Source: Octopus sinensis (taxonomy: Eukaryota). From it: DNA of 64,000 nucleotides. The notes under the pieces are model-generated. The model saw only the letters and a list, made by a program, of their open reading frames with translations. It ran no database searches and was not told the DNA's origin. Positions 25,861 through 50,694 of this stretch are shown piece after piece; position 1 is the stretch's first letter; each line of letters begins with the position of its first letter. The stretch is taken from NCBI RefSeq assembly GCF_006345805.1, contig NC_043002.1, positions 73,966,001 through 74,030,000 on the forward strand. The letters run 5' to 3'. The translations under genes and the position numbers were made by a program.

Positions 25861-28800
25861 ATTCATCAGTCATGGTAAAAATTGAAGAGCTGTTCTAACA
25901 TAACATTAGAAAATCTCATAGCTCAACATGAGTAACATCTTGTATACTCTGTCTACTGAAATTCAGATTTTTAACAGTATTTTAATATCACCTTTATTCT
26001 TTTTGTATCTCTTTAAAATGTATCATTTTAAGTGTAATGCATCAAAAAGCTTGATCTCCAAAATGCTAACACCATTTTAATGAATCCTAATAACAAACAT
26101 TGCCAAACAAAATTTGTTTTATGCTGTTCTCCTTTAATGAGCAGCCACTATTGAAAAGAACATTGTTTTTAACTCTAAAGTTCATGCTATAAACTAGAAC
26201 TTGCAGACATTCATAAATATTTAATATTCTACACAAAATGAAAATTGTTCTACTAGCACATCAGAACAATCAAATTAACAAAATAGTTCCAAGTAACCAT
26301 TTCACTTAAAAGCTTAACCTGAGTGCAGAAAATTTCAGTTTATAAACTTCAATCAATATCAACATCTATGTCTGCTTTTCTATGCTACCATGCACTGGAC
26401 AGATTTTTCTGAGGCAGGACGCTCTACCTGATGTGAACCCTTTTAGTTGCTTCTTATGACATACAACCATAAAAGAAAAATACCAACAGTAATAAAACAG
26501 TAGTTTTTAGAGTATACATTAATTTCCATGACAATAAGACAAGTTTCCAGCTGCAATATTTTGCTTAACTAGTAAAACAACAATAAAAATAGTTGGTACC
26601 TTTTATGTCATTTGTAATCTATAACCAGGTCAAGTTAACCAATCAAATATTTGATAATGACTCAGCTTAGCACACTAGATATGGAATAAGCCAACAAGGG
26701 AATCTATCTCATATAAATAGCAGCCAAATTTCCTCAAATCACATCCTATCAATTTAAAAACAAAAAAAAAGATGTACTTGACAACATAGTCCCAGTTATA
26801 CAAAATAATGGGAAAGTTGGCAGCTGAAAAGCCTTTGATTATAGTCTGTTCAACAAAGCTATATCTGGGGTATGAGGTTAAACAACAATAGGACAATCAA
26901 ACTTTTCATAATTATTCCAATGACTTCTATGAGGGTTTATGTAGGAAAATTCATTTCAAAGAAATGATCACTATAATTTACTCTAATGTGATCCATTGCT
27001 AATTCATAACCTTAAAATATTTGCATTCCTACTATGAACAGCTAAAATACTACCTTAATTAACAACATTTAGAAACCCTACCCATAGCATTCACTATTGG
27101 ATATAACTGCATTGGACTGGGCTCAGGGCTGATAGCTCCCAATATGCAACAAAGCTTATACACAGATATTTGATAAAGAACTAGCAAAAAATGATAACAT
27201 TTTCAAGCCATTTAAATAATAAATTCTTCTAAGAGAAAAGTTCAGACATGATTGGGATAGTATTGACATAGTTTGTTTTGATCAAGGCAAGTGAAGAAGC
27301 TGTCTCACAATCTAAGAAATTCAATTGTGATAGATTAGCTAACAAATATTCTATGGATCAACTGCACCTTTAGCTTGCAGGGTGGTCACTCAAGACATTC
27401 AAAATTTGCTCAATTTGTCATATTCATAGGATATCACCTTATCAAATCTTATTTTCTCTAAGATGTTAAGATGTAATTTAGTGAAGATTTGGCTAGTTCT
27501 AGAAGGTTAAGCGATCATGTTGATGCTCCTAGTTGGCTAGTTAGTCCATACTTATCGTTTAACCACATGCCTGCTCTAATTAAGTACACCTATGATCAAA
27601 GTAGTACACCCATTATCACCTGTTTTTTTCTTTAAGATGGCATGGTGTAGTTTGAAAAGAATTTGACTATTTCTGATAGGTTGAGCAAGCCTGTAGAGGT
27701 GGTTCTGTTCACCCATCACCTCACACTTCAAAGATGAAGGTTATAAATACTGGAAATTAAGGTTTTAGATTCATAATGTTGGTTTAGATGAGGATGGTAT
27801 GGTTAAGTTCACATTGCAACCACATGGTTTCAGGTTCAACTCCACTGCATAGCACATTGGGTGTCTTCTATTATAGTCTCAGATTGATCAATATCTAGAA
27901 AGTCTCTTGTGAAAAAACATGTCCAGCAATGGGGAAATATTACCTTCCTTGAAAACAAGTGATAGCTGGTGACAAGAAGGGCATCTGGCTATAGAAAATC
28001 TACCTCAACAAACTCCATCTGACTGATGCAAGTATGGAAAGTCATCATCATTTAAGTTCCATTTCCATGCTGGCATCAACTGGATAGTTTGGCAGGAACT
28101 GGCCAGTTAAGGAGCTGCCCAGGTTTCAATTGTCTATTTTGACATGGTTTCTATGTTTGGATGCCCTTCCTAATGCCAACCACTTCAGAGTGTACTGGAT
28201 GCTTTTTATGTGGCACTAGCATGGACACTTTTACATGGCACCATCATGGGAAAAGTGAACATTTAAGGATGATGATGATGTGTCTAACATTCTTGATCTC
28301 TACTCTATTTTATGCTGCTCTGAAAGTATGAAAGACAAAGTTGACCTCAGCAAGGTCTTAACTCAGAGCACAAAGCATTTTGTCCTACACTCTCCCAAAC
28401 TAAGACAAATAAAAATTGATGGAATAGTCACATCATTGATAAAGCAACATTCAATAAAATGAAGGGATGGAACCCTGAAACAATTATTCAATCACGCAAA
28501 GCCTAGATGTTTACCTATGGCTCAACTAAAACCTCTAGTTTTACTTCAGAACCATTCACGACACAATCCATCATATTTGTAGGATATTTTTTTTTTAACT
28601 AAATCAATGAATAACTGGCAGCTATTTACTAGGTCATGAAACAGTTTCTTCACTTGTTTTGATTAAAATAAAACTATGTCAATACTCTTTCAACAGTAAA
28701 AGATGATTTAATCACAAAACAATTCCTTGAAGTATTATAAACATTGGTAATTTATGTTAAAATAATCAATCAGCCATGATATAAAAACAGTAATAAACCT

Positions 28801-29572
28801 ATGAAACAAATACTATTTTGTATACAGGAACAAGCTGAAGAAATTTTAGAGTTTGTAAAAATCAGATATCATTGAGAATGTTGATGGCTTCACAAGAGTT
28901 TCACAGTTAGTCGCAATACCTTAGAAAAAGAGTTGTGTTCATTACTGTGTGAACCTACAGAGTCTATATTCAATATCTACTAATGGAGCAATACTGAGAA
29001 ACTTGAAAAGACCATGCTTCCTTCCAAAACTAGATCTTAAAATGAGCTATCATTGAGCAGAATTAGATCTATTGTGACATCATAACATTTGCTTCTTCCA
29101 GAGGATATCAGTAAAGAGTTTCAGGAAATCATGTGTAGACTTTTCAAGTCTGATGTAAGTAATATAGCAGCTGATATTGTAGTTTATGATAGGCTAAAAT
29201 CATGTATTTTTGATGAGAGACTATTTAGGTTTCACTATTTAAAATCAAAGAATCCAATGGAGGATGAGATTAATGTTGTAATTTATTTTGGAATTTATTC
29301 AAATGTCTTGAGAGCTTCATACCATATTTAGACACTAAGATAGATCTAATACAAAACTTTAAAAAAAAAAAAGACATTTCTGATGAGTGGTATCAGAAGT
29401 TGAAGGTATGCATAACATTCTATGTTGATAGACAACTCCAGGATTAAATGTTACATTATTTCTAGCATATTTACATACAAAACACCGAACATATTCAGTG
29501 ACCCTCAACTATTATTAACATTATTTAGTGGAACGGGAAAGCCTTCATCAAGAATAATTTTATGGAGATTAT

Positions 29573-29634
29573 AAGTGTATATGTTAATTGTAGGGTCTCA
29601 GTCTACTGAGACCCTACAATTAACATATACACTT
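29573..29634. repeat. Perfect 30-bp-arm palindrome with 2-nt spacer
   Basis: aagtgtatatgttaattgtagggtctcagt-ct-actgagaccctacaattaacatatacactt. Confidence 0.9.
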
Positions 29635-32600
29635 TAAAAAAAAAAGCATCCTTAATCCAGATTATCTGTCATCTCAACCACCAATAACGATAATGTATGT
29701 TGATAAGGACCACTGGGAACAATAATTTTGTAATTATGGAGTTTCTACAAAGGCATTGAGCACTACCACAATCCCTCTGATTAATAAAGATTTTTTTTTC
29801 ATAAAGCAGAGAATAAATATCAAAATGACTAGTTTCTGACTTATAAATCTTTTTAGAGTTTGTTTATCTCTACTACCATGACAGATAAAATATATTACTG
29901 CTGTGCTGGTGTATTACTATATATACATTTGTACAAGAACTCACCATTTTTCTCTCTTTAAGTTTCTCTCATCATCTAAGTGACTAGGCTATGCTGTAGC
30001 ATAGCTAATTACTGTTTCCTCACCTCCTCCATCACCAAATTTTTCTCTAAAACTCACCTTTAAGTATATTCATTAGTACACTTTATCACCCAGTTTTACA
30101 TCACCACCTATTCCTTGTGTACCTTGGCTGGAATGATAGCCACTCTATTGCAAGCATTTGAACTATCCTGCAGCCTGAGACTAGCTCCAGATCATGGGGT
30201 TTTTTTTGTGTTTGTGTGTACTTTTTTTTTTACCACCAGACTTAGAAGTACACTAGGCATTTCTTGCTTTACAAAACCTGATCAGTTAATAGTCAATAGT
30301 CAAATATTAAACAGAACACTAAAAAATTCAAAATGGAAAATCTGACCAATAACAAACAAACCAGTCAACACAACTCAGATTAGGACTTGACCTTTTGAAC
30401 TCATGAGTTCACTTTAGCAGCTTGTTAATTAGAAAAAAATATTGTTACTTCCAACTCTAAACCCGAAATCATATATGGTTGCTCACTTTAGCCAATTCCA
30501 GAAGTATAGTTAAATGAAAATACACCTACTAAAGCATACTTACAGGTTCAGAGGGTTAATCAGGATAGAATTACAATGATACACCATCAGCATTACTGCA
30601 CTTTGCGAATCCTCTAGCAGACAAGGAGCTATACCAATTTCTAGAGATGTCTAACAATAGCTGACATGGAATGTTATTAAGTTGTTAAACTCCAAACATT
30701 TATTTATCCCATGCAATATTGCACTGATCAATAAGAAATGCTATCTATCCAACATTTGCATGTTTAATCTCACAATGACTAACTGATTTAGTTATGGAGC
30801 AGTTTTATGCTAATCAAGGCCTGCAAAAAGTATTGATGCCACAGCACTAAAAAAAATAAATAAATAAATAAAATAAAATAAAAACTAGAAATCAATTATT
30901 CACACTCATCCAGTACAATTTGAAACACAGAAATAAGTAAAAAGCAGAACTGGCTCTAGAACATAGTGTGTAACACAACAAAGAAAGTTCTCTTAATGTC
31001 AAAGAAAAACAGACAGAAAGATTTGCAAAAGTATCACACAGACTGTCAGTACTCATCAAAAAAAAGCACTTTGCAAAACAGCAAATACTGAACAGAAATA
31101 TCTCAATTCACAAATCAGCTTTTACTAAGCTTGTAAGATTCAAAGCAGATAAAAAAAAATTAAAAAAAGCATCTGCTAACAATGCTCAAAAGAGAAATCA
31201 CAAGAGATTCAAATATTCATGATACAAAAGCTTCTTACAGGCAGGAAAAAAACTAGTTGTTAGTTCCATTTTCCAAGTGTTGAACAATTCAGTAATTATG
31301 TAACACACATAAGTGAGAGATAAGTCCTTTCTAAGGTACTAAAGAAAGACTTAGCAGAAAATTTTGAATCAACAATTTCAACAAAAATATAATGCTATGT
31401 AGCAAAAATTAACCATGTACATGATGTAGAAGAAATTATTCTCAGCAGGAAATCTGGAGTATATTCCAAAACTTCAAGTAGAGATAGTATTCCAGAAACT
31501 TTCCTTAGACCTATTTCATGAGCTTTTTATGCAGCTAACAAATAGACTTCTCAATACAGCCAAATAATGCCTTGCTTTCCAACAATTTACAAACAGATGG
31601 GTAATAGTGGAATCTTCCTACCCAATCTAAATTCTCACCAAAATAATGTAATGTTACATAGATGTCTTTACTAACACTTTCAATCCCACTCAAGCCCCTA
31701 TTAAAGCAATCATATCAAAATATTGACAAACATTATTATTACACAACTCAGAAATGATTTCAATAAGTTGTATCATAGTTTCATGTGATTTTATTGAACC
31801 CCAATATATTCTAAATTACTTTGAAAATCAAAGCACATAAGCTGTCTATTCTTGTTAGGACACAAAAATGTTAAAACCACTCTGCCATATGCTACAAAAG
31901 TGCATCAAGTAAAATGTTGGCATCAAAAGAATTTCTTGCCCTGACTAAAATGCTTGCCACCATTTCCTTTGATAAATTCTAGACTATCTTGGCAAAAACA
32001 TAGACGTAAGAGCAAGAAGGTTTATTAGACTGGTAACAGTCCAAAAGTTTTCTCATAAATGAAGGTTTGCATCACCACCACAATCTTGTTTACATTCTTA
32101 TTAGCTTGCATAAACCTCTGCAAAATCAAAGAAGAAAAAATATATATATATTTCCAATCCAAAAATAGTAACATCCAGGCCCAATGATTTCAGATCGTTT
32201 TCATATAGAGATAACGAGTTTCAAAGCCTTGTTGACAAGTTTTCAACTACAATATACTTTTGCTAGTTCTATGACACTAGTTAGTCTTCTGGAGAACTGA
32301 CAAAAATAAAAATAATAAAATGATTTTATACCAGCAAGGAAAACGGGCGTAAAAAGAATGAATGATGAATTTTGGGATTATCAGCAGAAGCAAGAAAACT
32401 GAGATTAATGTACCAACCACCACTAAACATGCCATAATCAAAGTAGTTTGGGGAATAAACACTAAAGCCTTGACCTATCTATTTGATTGATAATCAACAA
32501 CTGAATAATATTTAACTATCTCAATGGGAATGTCTGGAACAGTCACAAATTTGCGACCACCAAACGCACTTCTGTCTAAAGATGAAAGCAGGAGTCTCAG

Positions 32601-33021
32601 AAGCTGTCGCATATACCAACTGGAAGCTTTTCCATTGCTTTCTCAAAATCCTACCGAGGGTGGAAAAGGTTGAAAGAATGCAATTCAGGTGAATCCTAAA
32701 ACACTTATGTATATAAAACGGATCTCTTATAAATAAATAAATAAACCTAAATTGATTTGTTATTTATCACCACCTGTTCAAGTAAGGCCTCGTATACTTC
32801 AACAGACATTCTATAAACTTCCTGTCGATTACAGCTGATTTTGGTCGTGTTCCGCAAACTGAAAACGCTACGCTAACAAATCCAGCGATGACTTTCCAAA
32901 TTAAATTTACATCCGTGTAGGATTGAAATGAAAATTTTAACTGCATTTTTTCTCTGAAATATTAAGATCGCTTAACTGTAGAGATTGAAGAATCTTATCT
33001 AAAGGATAAACGTGATGAGAG

Positions 33022-33054
<33 letters not shown>

Positions 33055-34025
33055 AACGAATTTCAGCTTCACACAGGGTCAATGTTTTCACTAAATTTCT
33101 CTTGTTTATTAACTAATACCTTCATTGCTCAAAACAAACCTCCGATGAAAGGAGATGGCGTGGATAATTGATAAAGCAACAGATTACATTTTTAAATGTA
33201 GTTAGTATTGTTATCTTCAATTCTCACCGGTATTGACGTTTCTTCAACAAAAGTCGATAAAAGGATTCAATTGACTTATCTTCTTTGTACCTTTTATAAG
33301 ACTGGGCCGGTGCAAAAAAAAAAAAAATTATTGGAAATGGTTCTGGTGGTGGAGGTAGTAGAATAGCACAAGTCTAAATGTCTTTAGTGCTCAGTTTTAC
33401 CCTCCTCTAGATTCTGAGTTCGGATCTCGCTGAGATCGCTGAATATAAGTTTCAGTAAGATCCTAGTCAAGATGGCCAAATAAGCATCAGTAGTTAACTG
33501 TTCAGCATCAAGTTAGCTCTCACTGAGTGGACATGATCAAAATTGTTCCAACCATGCCTTGTACATCCTTCCCAAGTATTACGTGTCATGGAATACATTA
33601 TCCAAATGTATACTTTTCATTTAGCTTCTATTTCTAGCAGTTCAAGCGACCAGTTACAGGTAGATTCAATCAACCACTTCTTATAAATACTGACCCTGCG
33701 CAAAAGGTTAGTCGTAATAATGCAGACTAAATGAATTAAGTTCCCGTTCAACTGCTGTTTAGAGTCGATAAAATATCAGTAATATACTGATATCGATCAA
33801 CTGTATTCTCTTTTTAAATGACTTGCCAGAAGAAATCGTTATCATCCTCAATATTTTTTAAGACCACGTTTTTTTATTTAAATTTTACAATTGTTAAAGT
33901 TAAACGAAATAAATAAATGTCATAACAGGTCACTTAGGATTTATTAAACACGAAAAATCTGAGTAGGAAGGATAAACCCTCTTAAAGTAGGTAGTTTAAA
34001 TGAAACTGATTTGGTATCAAACTGA

Positions 34026-34066
<41 letters not shown>

Positions 34067-34217
34067 CGGGAAGCTTTATGAAAATAGACAAAAGACGAAG
34101 GCAGGTTTACGGAAATAAACAAAAGATTTACTGACTATATATATATATATATATATATAGTCAGTAAATCATAATAAATCCGAGAAAGAAGCACACTAAG
34201 TTATAGAGCAGTAGAAT

Positions 34218-34431
34218 ATATAAAGATAGATATGGCCGGTCTATGGGGTTACCCTGTGTTCCACGTCCATAAAGCGCTTAGTTTTACAGCGTTTCTTCAG
34301 ACCCTAAACCTGTTGGACTATGGCCTCAGAAGCCAACGGGATTAGGGTCTAAAGGAACGCAGTAAAGCTAAGCGTTTTATGGACGTGAAACCCAGGGTAA
34401 CCCCATAGACTGGCTATATCTACCTTTATAT
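34218..34431. mobile_element. Palindromic (fold-back) MITE-like element beside TA/TCTA microsatellites
   Basis: Arms of about 100 bp complementary with roughly a dozen scattered mismatches; a diverged half-copy lies at about 61215-61330. Confidence 0.75.
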
Positions 34432-34937
34432 CTATCTATCTATGAGAGAGCGCAAGTGAAGATATAACATTACCGGTAATTAAAATTGGAAGGCATGTTC
34501 AATACTTCAGCAATCCGATTTGAAAACAGAAACATATCATATTTCGCACATATTTTAAAAAATCCTTGTTCTCTACTTCGACTTTCAACTTCAGAATGCA
34601 ATAGTCTGAACACTCATTGAGGTCATATTTATATTGCAATTCATCTCTCTGGGAAGAACGTTTGGAATTCTCATCACTATGTCAACAGATAAAAATCGTG
34701 ATAACTACCGAAGGCTGTGATCATCTCGTGATGCAATGTAAATGCTAAAAAGACCACTTGTGGATTGCTTAAACGCATTAAACATCTAAGATGGTCTGAC
34801 CCATTCGTATAAAACCCTTCCAGATTAATACATCAAGCAGCCTTAAAATATGCAGCTAAAATGTTAAAGCATATGTATGCGACACATTCATACATGCAAA
34901 AATTGTAATTATAAACGGTTTAATCCTACGGGAAATG

Positions 34938-34980
<43 letters not shown>

Positions 34981-36624
34981 CTGTGTCAATGAAACGTTCA
35001 CGTTTTAAGCGAAGATACGCATTCGATATTATTTTATATTTCTTTCTTTTAAATGGATGTAGCTAACTGTACTCCGGACAAAAGATGTAATGTACAATAA
35101 AAATGTAAACTCCTAAATATATCTAGGCTTAAACAGTATAAGGTACTGTTTAATTTGAATAAATTCGAAAAGAATATTGAACAAAATGACGGCAACCTGA
35201 GATTTTTTTTTCTATCCATTGATGTGTAATCGTTGTTTTGTTTTGTTTAATCCGACTCTGATAAAAAAGTATAATCGTTAATACATAGTACTGAATGCAT
35301 ATTGTTAGGAATGAAACAATACTTAGTCTTTTGGGTAAATTATTTATATAAATATATATCAAATACAGAATAAATACAGTTTGTGAAGGTGAACGGAAAA
35401 AGTCACAGTTAAAATGTCACATTTCAATAAAATTCCGTAATAATAATAGTTCGCTTATTTAACCGACAATAACAGGATTTGTACACAATGACAACACAAT
35501 TTATATAATGATATTATACGTAAGTGGAATAAAAGTCACATTTTATTCAATATTTGAAATACAACAATAAATCAGGGGTAAAATATTACATCAATTATTT
35601 ATTGAAGTTTTCCCTCTGACTATATTCTGGATTCGTGTGTAAATGCATGTGTAAACATATGTCCTATTTATAAATAGTTTCCTAGGAAAAAGTTATTACT
35701 TAAATCTGAGGGAATAAATAATACCAGCATCTAGAGTGGACGAGGTGAAGAAAATATAAACGAATTCTTTACTTGGTCCCTACATTCAGCAGATGAATGC
35801 ATAGCTTATTAACTTCGTTGAAGGTAGCCATCGGGATAGGGGTAAAGCTTAGCAAGTAGGAGTTGCTCTATCAGATGTTAAACACAAATTTCCACTTGCA
35901 AAAAAATACATAGATACCTAAGGAAGTTGTAATTAAAAGGAAAATAAGTTTTCTTCCGTTCACATTTTTTCTAAACTTGTAACTGAAGAAATAAAGAAAA
36001 TGAATATAATCGGCTAGCGTGGATGAAGCTGTCAGATGTTGCACCAAAACCGATAAAAGCCATCAACTGCGACAAATATACATACATTCATATTGAAATT
36101 AGATGAGAAGCTAAAAAGGTGGATCCCCATAAAAATCCGTATACATAAGCAAGTAAAGAATGTTCGCTCCCAACAGCATTTTTATCGACATACTGTGAAA
36201 TTTTAAGGAGTGGTTGATTTGTTTACTTACTAAAGTAAGGAAAGGAAAACGAAAAAGATATTTTATCTTTGCATTACAAAAAAAAGTAGTTAGAGCAGAC
36301 CATCTGTCATCCCGATAAATTGTCTAACTAACCCAACATACATTCTACTAATGTTTCTTGTAAAGAATGAGAAGAGAAACATAATTTTATTCATTTATAG
36401 CCTCTGGTCGTGAGAGAAGGCGACAAGAAAGATATATCCAAACCCTGTATCCAAGCGAAGACTTTAAAAACCTACACAACGCAAGCAAAATCCACAATTT
36501 TAATTAATAAAGCGAATATGTTTAGCTTGTTCTGATAGTAAGCTAATGAAAAAATATCGAGAGAAAAGTCTTGTTGAATATTCGTAAAATTATCATGTGT
36601 GCACGGAATGAGAAAACTGCTTAC

Positions 36625-36730
36625 CTTTATGTGTCATTCATTAATCAACGAGTATATCATTACTAAGCCATTGTTAGGAGCGACAAGGCCAGTTTGAATG
36701 TGCAGTGTGCTGCCATCAGACGACAAGTGT
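36625..36730 (-). other. Probable non-coding first exon of the minus-strand APBA-like gene (5' end approximate)
   Basis: Strong minus-strand donor ATAAAG|GTAAGC (plus strand gcttaccttt at 36619-36628) in CpG-retaining DNA just upstream of eEF2. The APBA-like coding exon begins with a splice acceptor, so an upstream exon is required. Confidence 0.45.
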
Positions 36731-36839
36731 AATTACAATATTTTTTGTTTTAAGGCAGCATTTTGATTTTCTATTTGATATAGTCTTAATAATTTGTATA
36801 AATTATCAAAAACTATAAAACATTGTTGATTCAGCTTGA

Positions 36840-36975
36840 AATTTATGACTCGAGATTTCATACGCCATTCCGGTATTAAATCTCACGTGATCTGCCTACG
36901 TCCTTTTCAGACTGAGTTCTTCCATTAGGTAGTAGTTATTTCGGTGCTGGTGAACAGAATCGAAAACAATCCAAA
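36840..36975 (+). promoter_or_regulatory. eEF2 core promoter and 5' UTR: TCT/TOP-type pyrimidine start, palindromic E-box, YY1-like site
   Basis: tccttttc at 36901-36908 fits the TCT initiator/5'TOP typical of translation-factor genes; TCACGTGA at 36883-36890; CGCCATT at 36863-36869; about 70 nt upstream of the ATG. Confidence 0.6.
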
Positions 36976-44792
<7,817 letters not shown>

Positions 44793-44906
44793 CTTGATTA
44801 GTGATTTAGCTCATGTAATGAAGCACTAACAACAAAGCTCTTTGACCTCTGCGAATATTTTTGGGGGTGGATCCAATCCAAAAGCTTATGTACTAGCTTG
44901 TGACAA

Positions 44907-44951
44907 ATTAAAAAAACAAACCTTTCTTCAACAACTTTTTTATTATTTATT
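44907..44951. terminator. Opposed polyadenylation signals of eEF2 (+, ATTAAA 44907-44912) and the MAPK gene (-, AATAAA at 44939-44944 and 44946-44951)
   Basis: Hexamers read directly; both lie in the 504-bp gap between the two stop codons. Actual usage is not demonstrated. Confidence 0.5.
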
Positions 44952-45296
44952 TATGGTTATATTTACCTTAAGTGTGATACCAGGACTGAAAATCAAATTT
45001 ACATTAATTTATAAGGAATGAGCACACATAAAAATACCTTTCCTTTTAAATACATTGTTTTGTGGGAGATATGCATGGAGCAGTAATGTTCAAGCACATT
45101 TCAATAAATGTCCATACAGGTTTGCTTATCAGTTCTGGTATACCACTGTTGGTGCAGTCAGTTTTAATTGTACCAGTTTTATTGAAAACATGTTGATTGT
45201 TCAATGTTATTTAGTGTACCAGAGATTCTGGTTCAGTGATTTGATAGAAATGTTCACTAAAATACTGTTATGTTCAATATAAATTTTTCTGAAGAG

Positions 45297-48453
<3,157 letters not shown>

Positions 48454-50478
48454 TCATAAGTATTAATAACTTAAATTTTTTTTTTTAGAAAAAAATATGA
48501 AAGGTTAAAAACAAAGCAAGATAACAACTAGTTCAAAATTTCAAATGCAAAATTTTTATTCATCAAATAGAAAAAAAATCTGGCCGTCTTTTCAAGATCA
48601 ATGCTATCTTGATAATTTAAAACTAGAAAAATTAGTTTTGAAGTGTATGCTTTTACCAAAGGTACTATAATCCATTAGATGTAAATGTTAGTGTTAAGCA
48701 AGAGAAATGACTGAACTGCTATGAAGCATATGAATGTAAATACATGAAGAAAAGAATGCATTGACTGTCAGTGAGGCTGTTAGGAATCGCGATAGAGATG
48801 GAAGTTCAAACAACTGTTTGTATGCTATTGAGTTTAACATTGCCAACCATTCTTCCAGAATCAATAAAATAAAAAAACCAGCCATGTCTTAGGTCAATTT
48901 TGATTGACTAACCCAAATTTCTGACCTGTGTAAGAAATGTTACTGTAGATTTTTCTATATTTGAGTTTAGCTACATATAATCAAGACTTTGATAAGATGC
49001 CAGATAACCAGTAAAGGGGTTGGATCATAGTTTGTCATCAGATCACTATATATCTAGATGCTTAACTCACAACGATCAAGATTTTTAATTAAGTACAACA
49101 CTTAATTTTATATAAAAGTAAGCTGTGCCAGCATTATCAAATTGATAAGGCTTTTGTTAGTACATAGGGCTGAGTTTTACTTTGCTTATCATGGAAAAAG
49201 TACACAGCAACAAAAACTAACAGCAGAGTAAGTTGATCAGGTACATGGCTACTGGCAAAGGGCCAATGTTTGTATTTTATCACTGCACTGGCCAAGCAAG
49301 AGCACTGTATAGCTTATTTCTTTCAAATAAGGTTGTACACGAGGGTTATAGTTCACTAAATCAGTCTCTAACCCAGAAGAATGAAAGGGAAAAATCAATG
49401 AAGCAGAATTTAAACTTGAAATATTAATGATAAAACTAACCACTACAAGACATTTACTCTGTTACTAGTATTTTTATTGTTCACTCTAGAAGAATGTGAA
49501 TTTCTCTTTAAATGATCGTGGAATCAACAAACCACCAGGTATGTATTCAAATGAAGCAGTTAGCTAATCCTTCTCAACACTCCTATTATGACTCATCTCT
49601 TACATCACTCAATACTCGATCTTATCTCAGAGTTGCAAACTGCTGTAATTCACAGCCAGCCTACATTTTTCCTGCAAACATTAATGCCTTAATAAAGCCA
49701 AGGAAGAAGTGCCTCTTCCTCTGCTCTTAGTTTTTTTGCTTGTTTCAATCATTAGACTGCAACTATGATGGGACATTGTCTTATAGGACTTAGTCAATCA
49801 AATCGACCCCATACTTATTTGAAGTCTAGTACTGTTTGTCTTTTAGCTCAACTGCTACATTATGGGTCTTAAGCAAGCTACTAAGTAATGAGAGATGAAG
49901 ATACACACACACGTTTGGCTCAGTTTCAATATGACAAAGTCTCACATATAGTTGGAGGCAGAGTCCATGACATGTGGATCTGAGTTAAACTGTTACATGT
50001 TACTCCAACCAAATGCTATTTACTTTCATTTGTTTACACACACACGTATACATACATGGCATGCTTCCAGATAGTTCGTCTACCAAATTCACTCACAAGG
50101 TATTCATCGGCTAAGAGCTGTAGTAGAAGACATTTGCCCAAGACGCTGTGCAGTGGAACCAAAGCCAGATACACGATTTCTAAGCAAATTCTTAACCCTA
50201 CAGTCATGCCAGCACCTATATCATATCAATATCTTATTTCTAAAACATACATAAAACAAAATACTTGGCTGAAATTAATATTTTTAATTTACTAATCAAT
50301 TTGTTAGTCATTCTAATTATACTGTTCCACAAATTCTTTAGGAGGTTTGATAAAAGAGAATAAATGACATCCATATGAAAAACAATAGCTAAGTGAGCAA
50401 TGACATTTAATGCAAATGAGAAATAATTATGTAGTATTAATGTCAATGACGAATGTACTTTTCATTATTCTGCAACTA

Positions 50479-50694
50479 CGGGAGACAACTCTGGATATAA
50501 AGTAGTGATGACAGAATCTTGAAGTAGATTCACAAAGTGGTATCTCAATTGGCATAGTAAAATTAACATACTTTAGAGGAAAAGTCGTAAAACATATGCA
50601 ATAATATACTAACTGACTTTCTCATTATAGTTTCAGAAAATATAAAATCTATGCTTTACTTACAAGGATGAGATATATCCAGAGTTGTTTCTTG
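50479..50694. mobile_element. TA-flanked MITE (Tc1/mariner/pogo type)
   Basis: ta|cgggagacaactctggatata ... tatatccagagttgtttcttg|ta: 21-bp TIR with three mismatches. Confidence 0.7.

Noticed and set aside
30840-32060. Possible decayed LINE RT (PLSPLL-like and DF.K.Y.S-like traces)
   Set aside because: Too degraded to assign a family or boundaries by eye.
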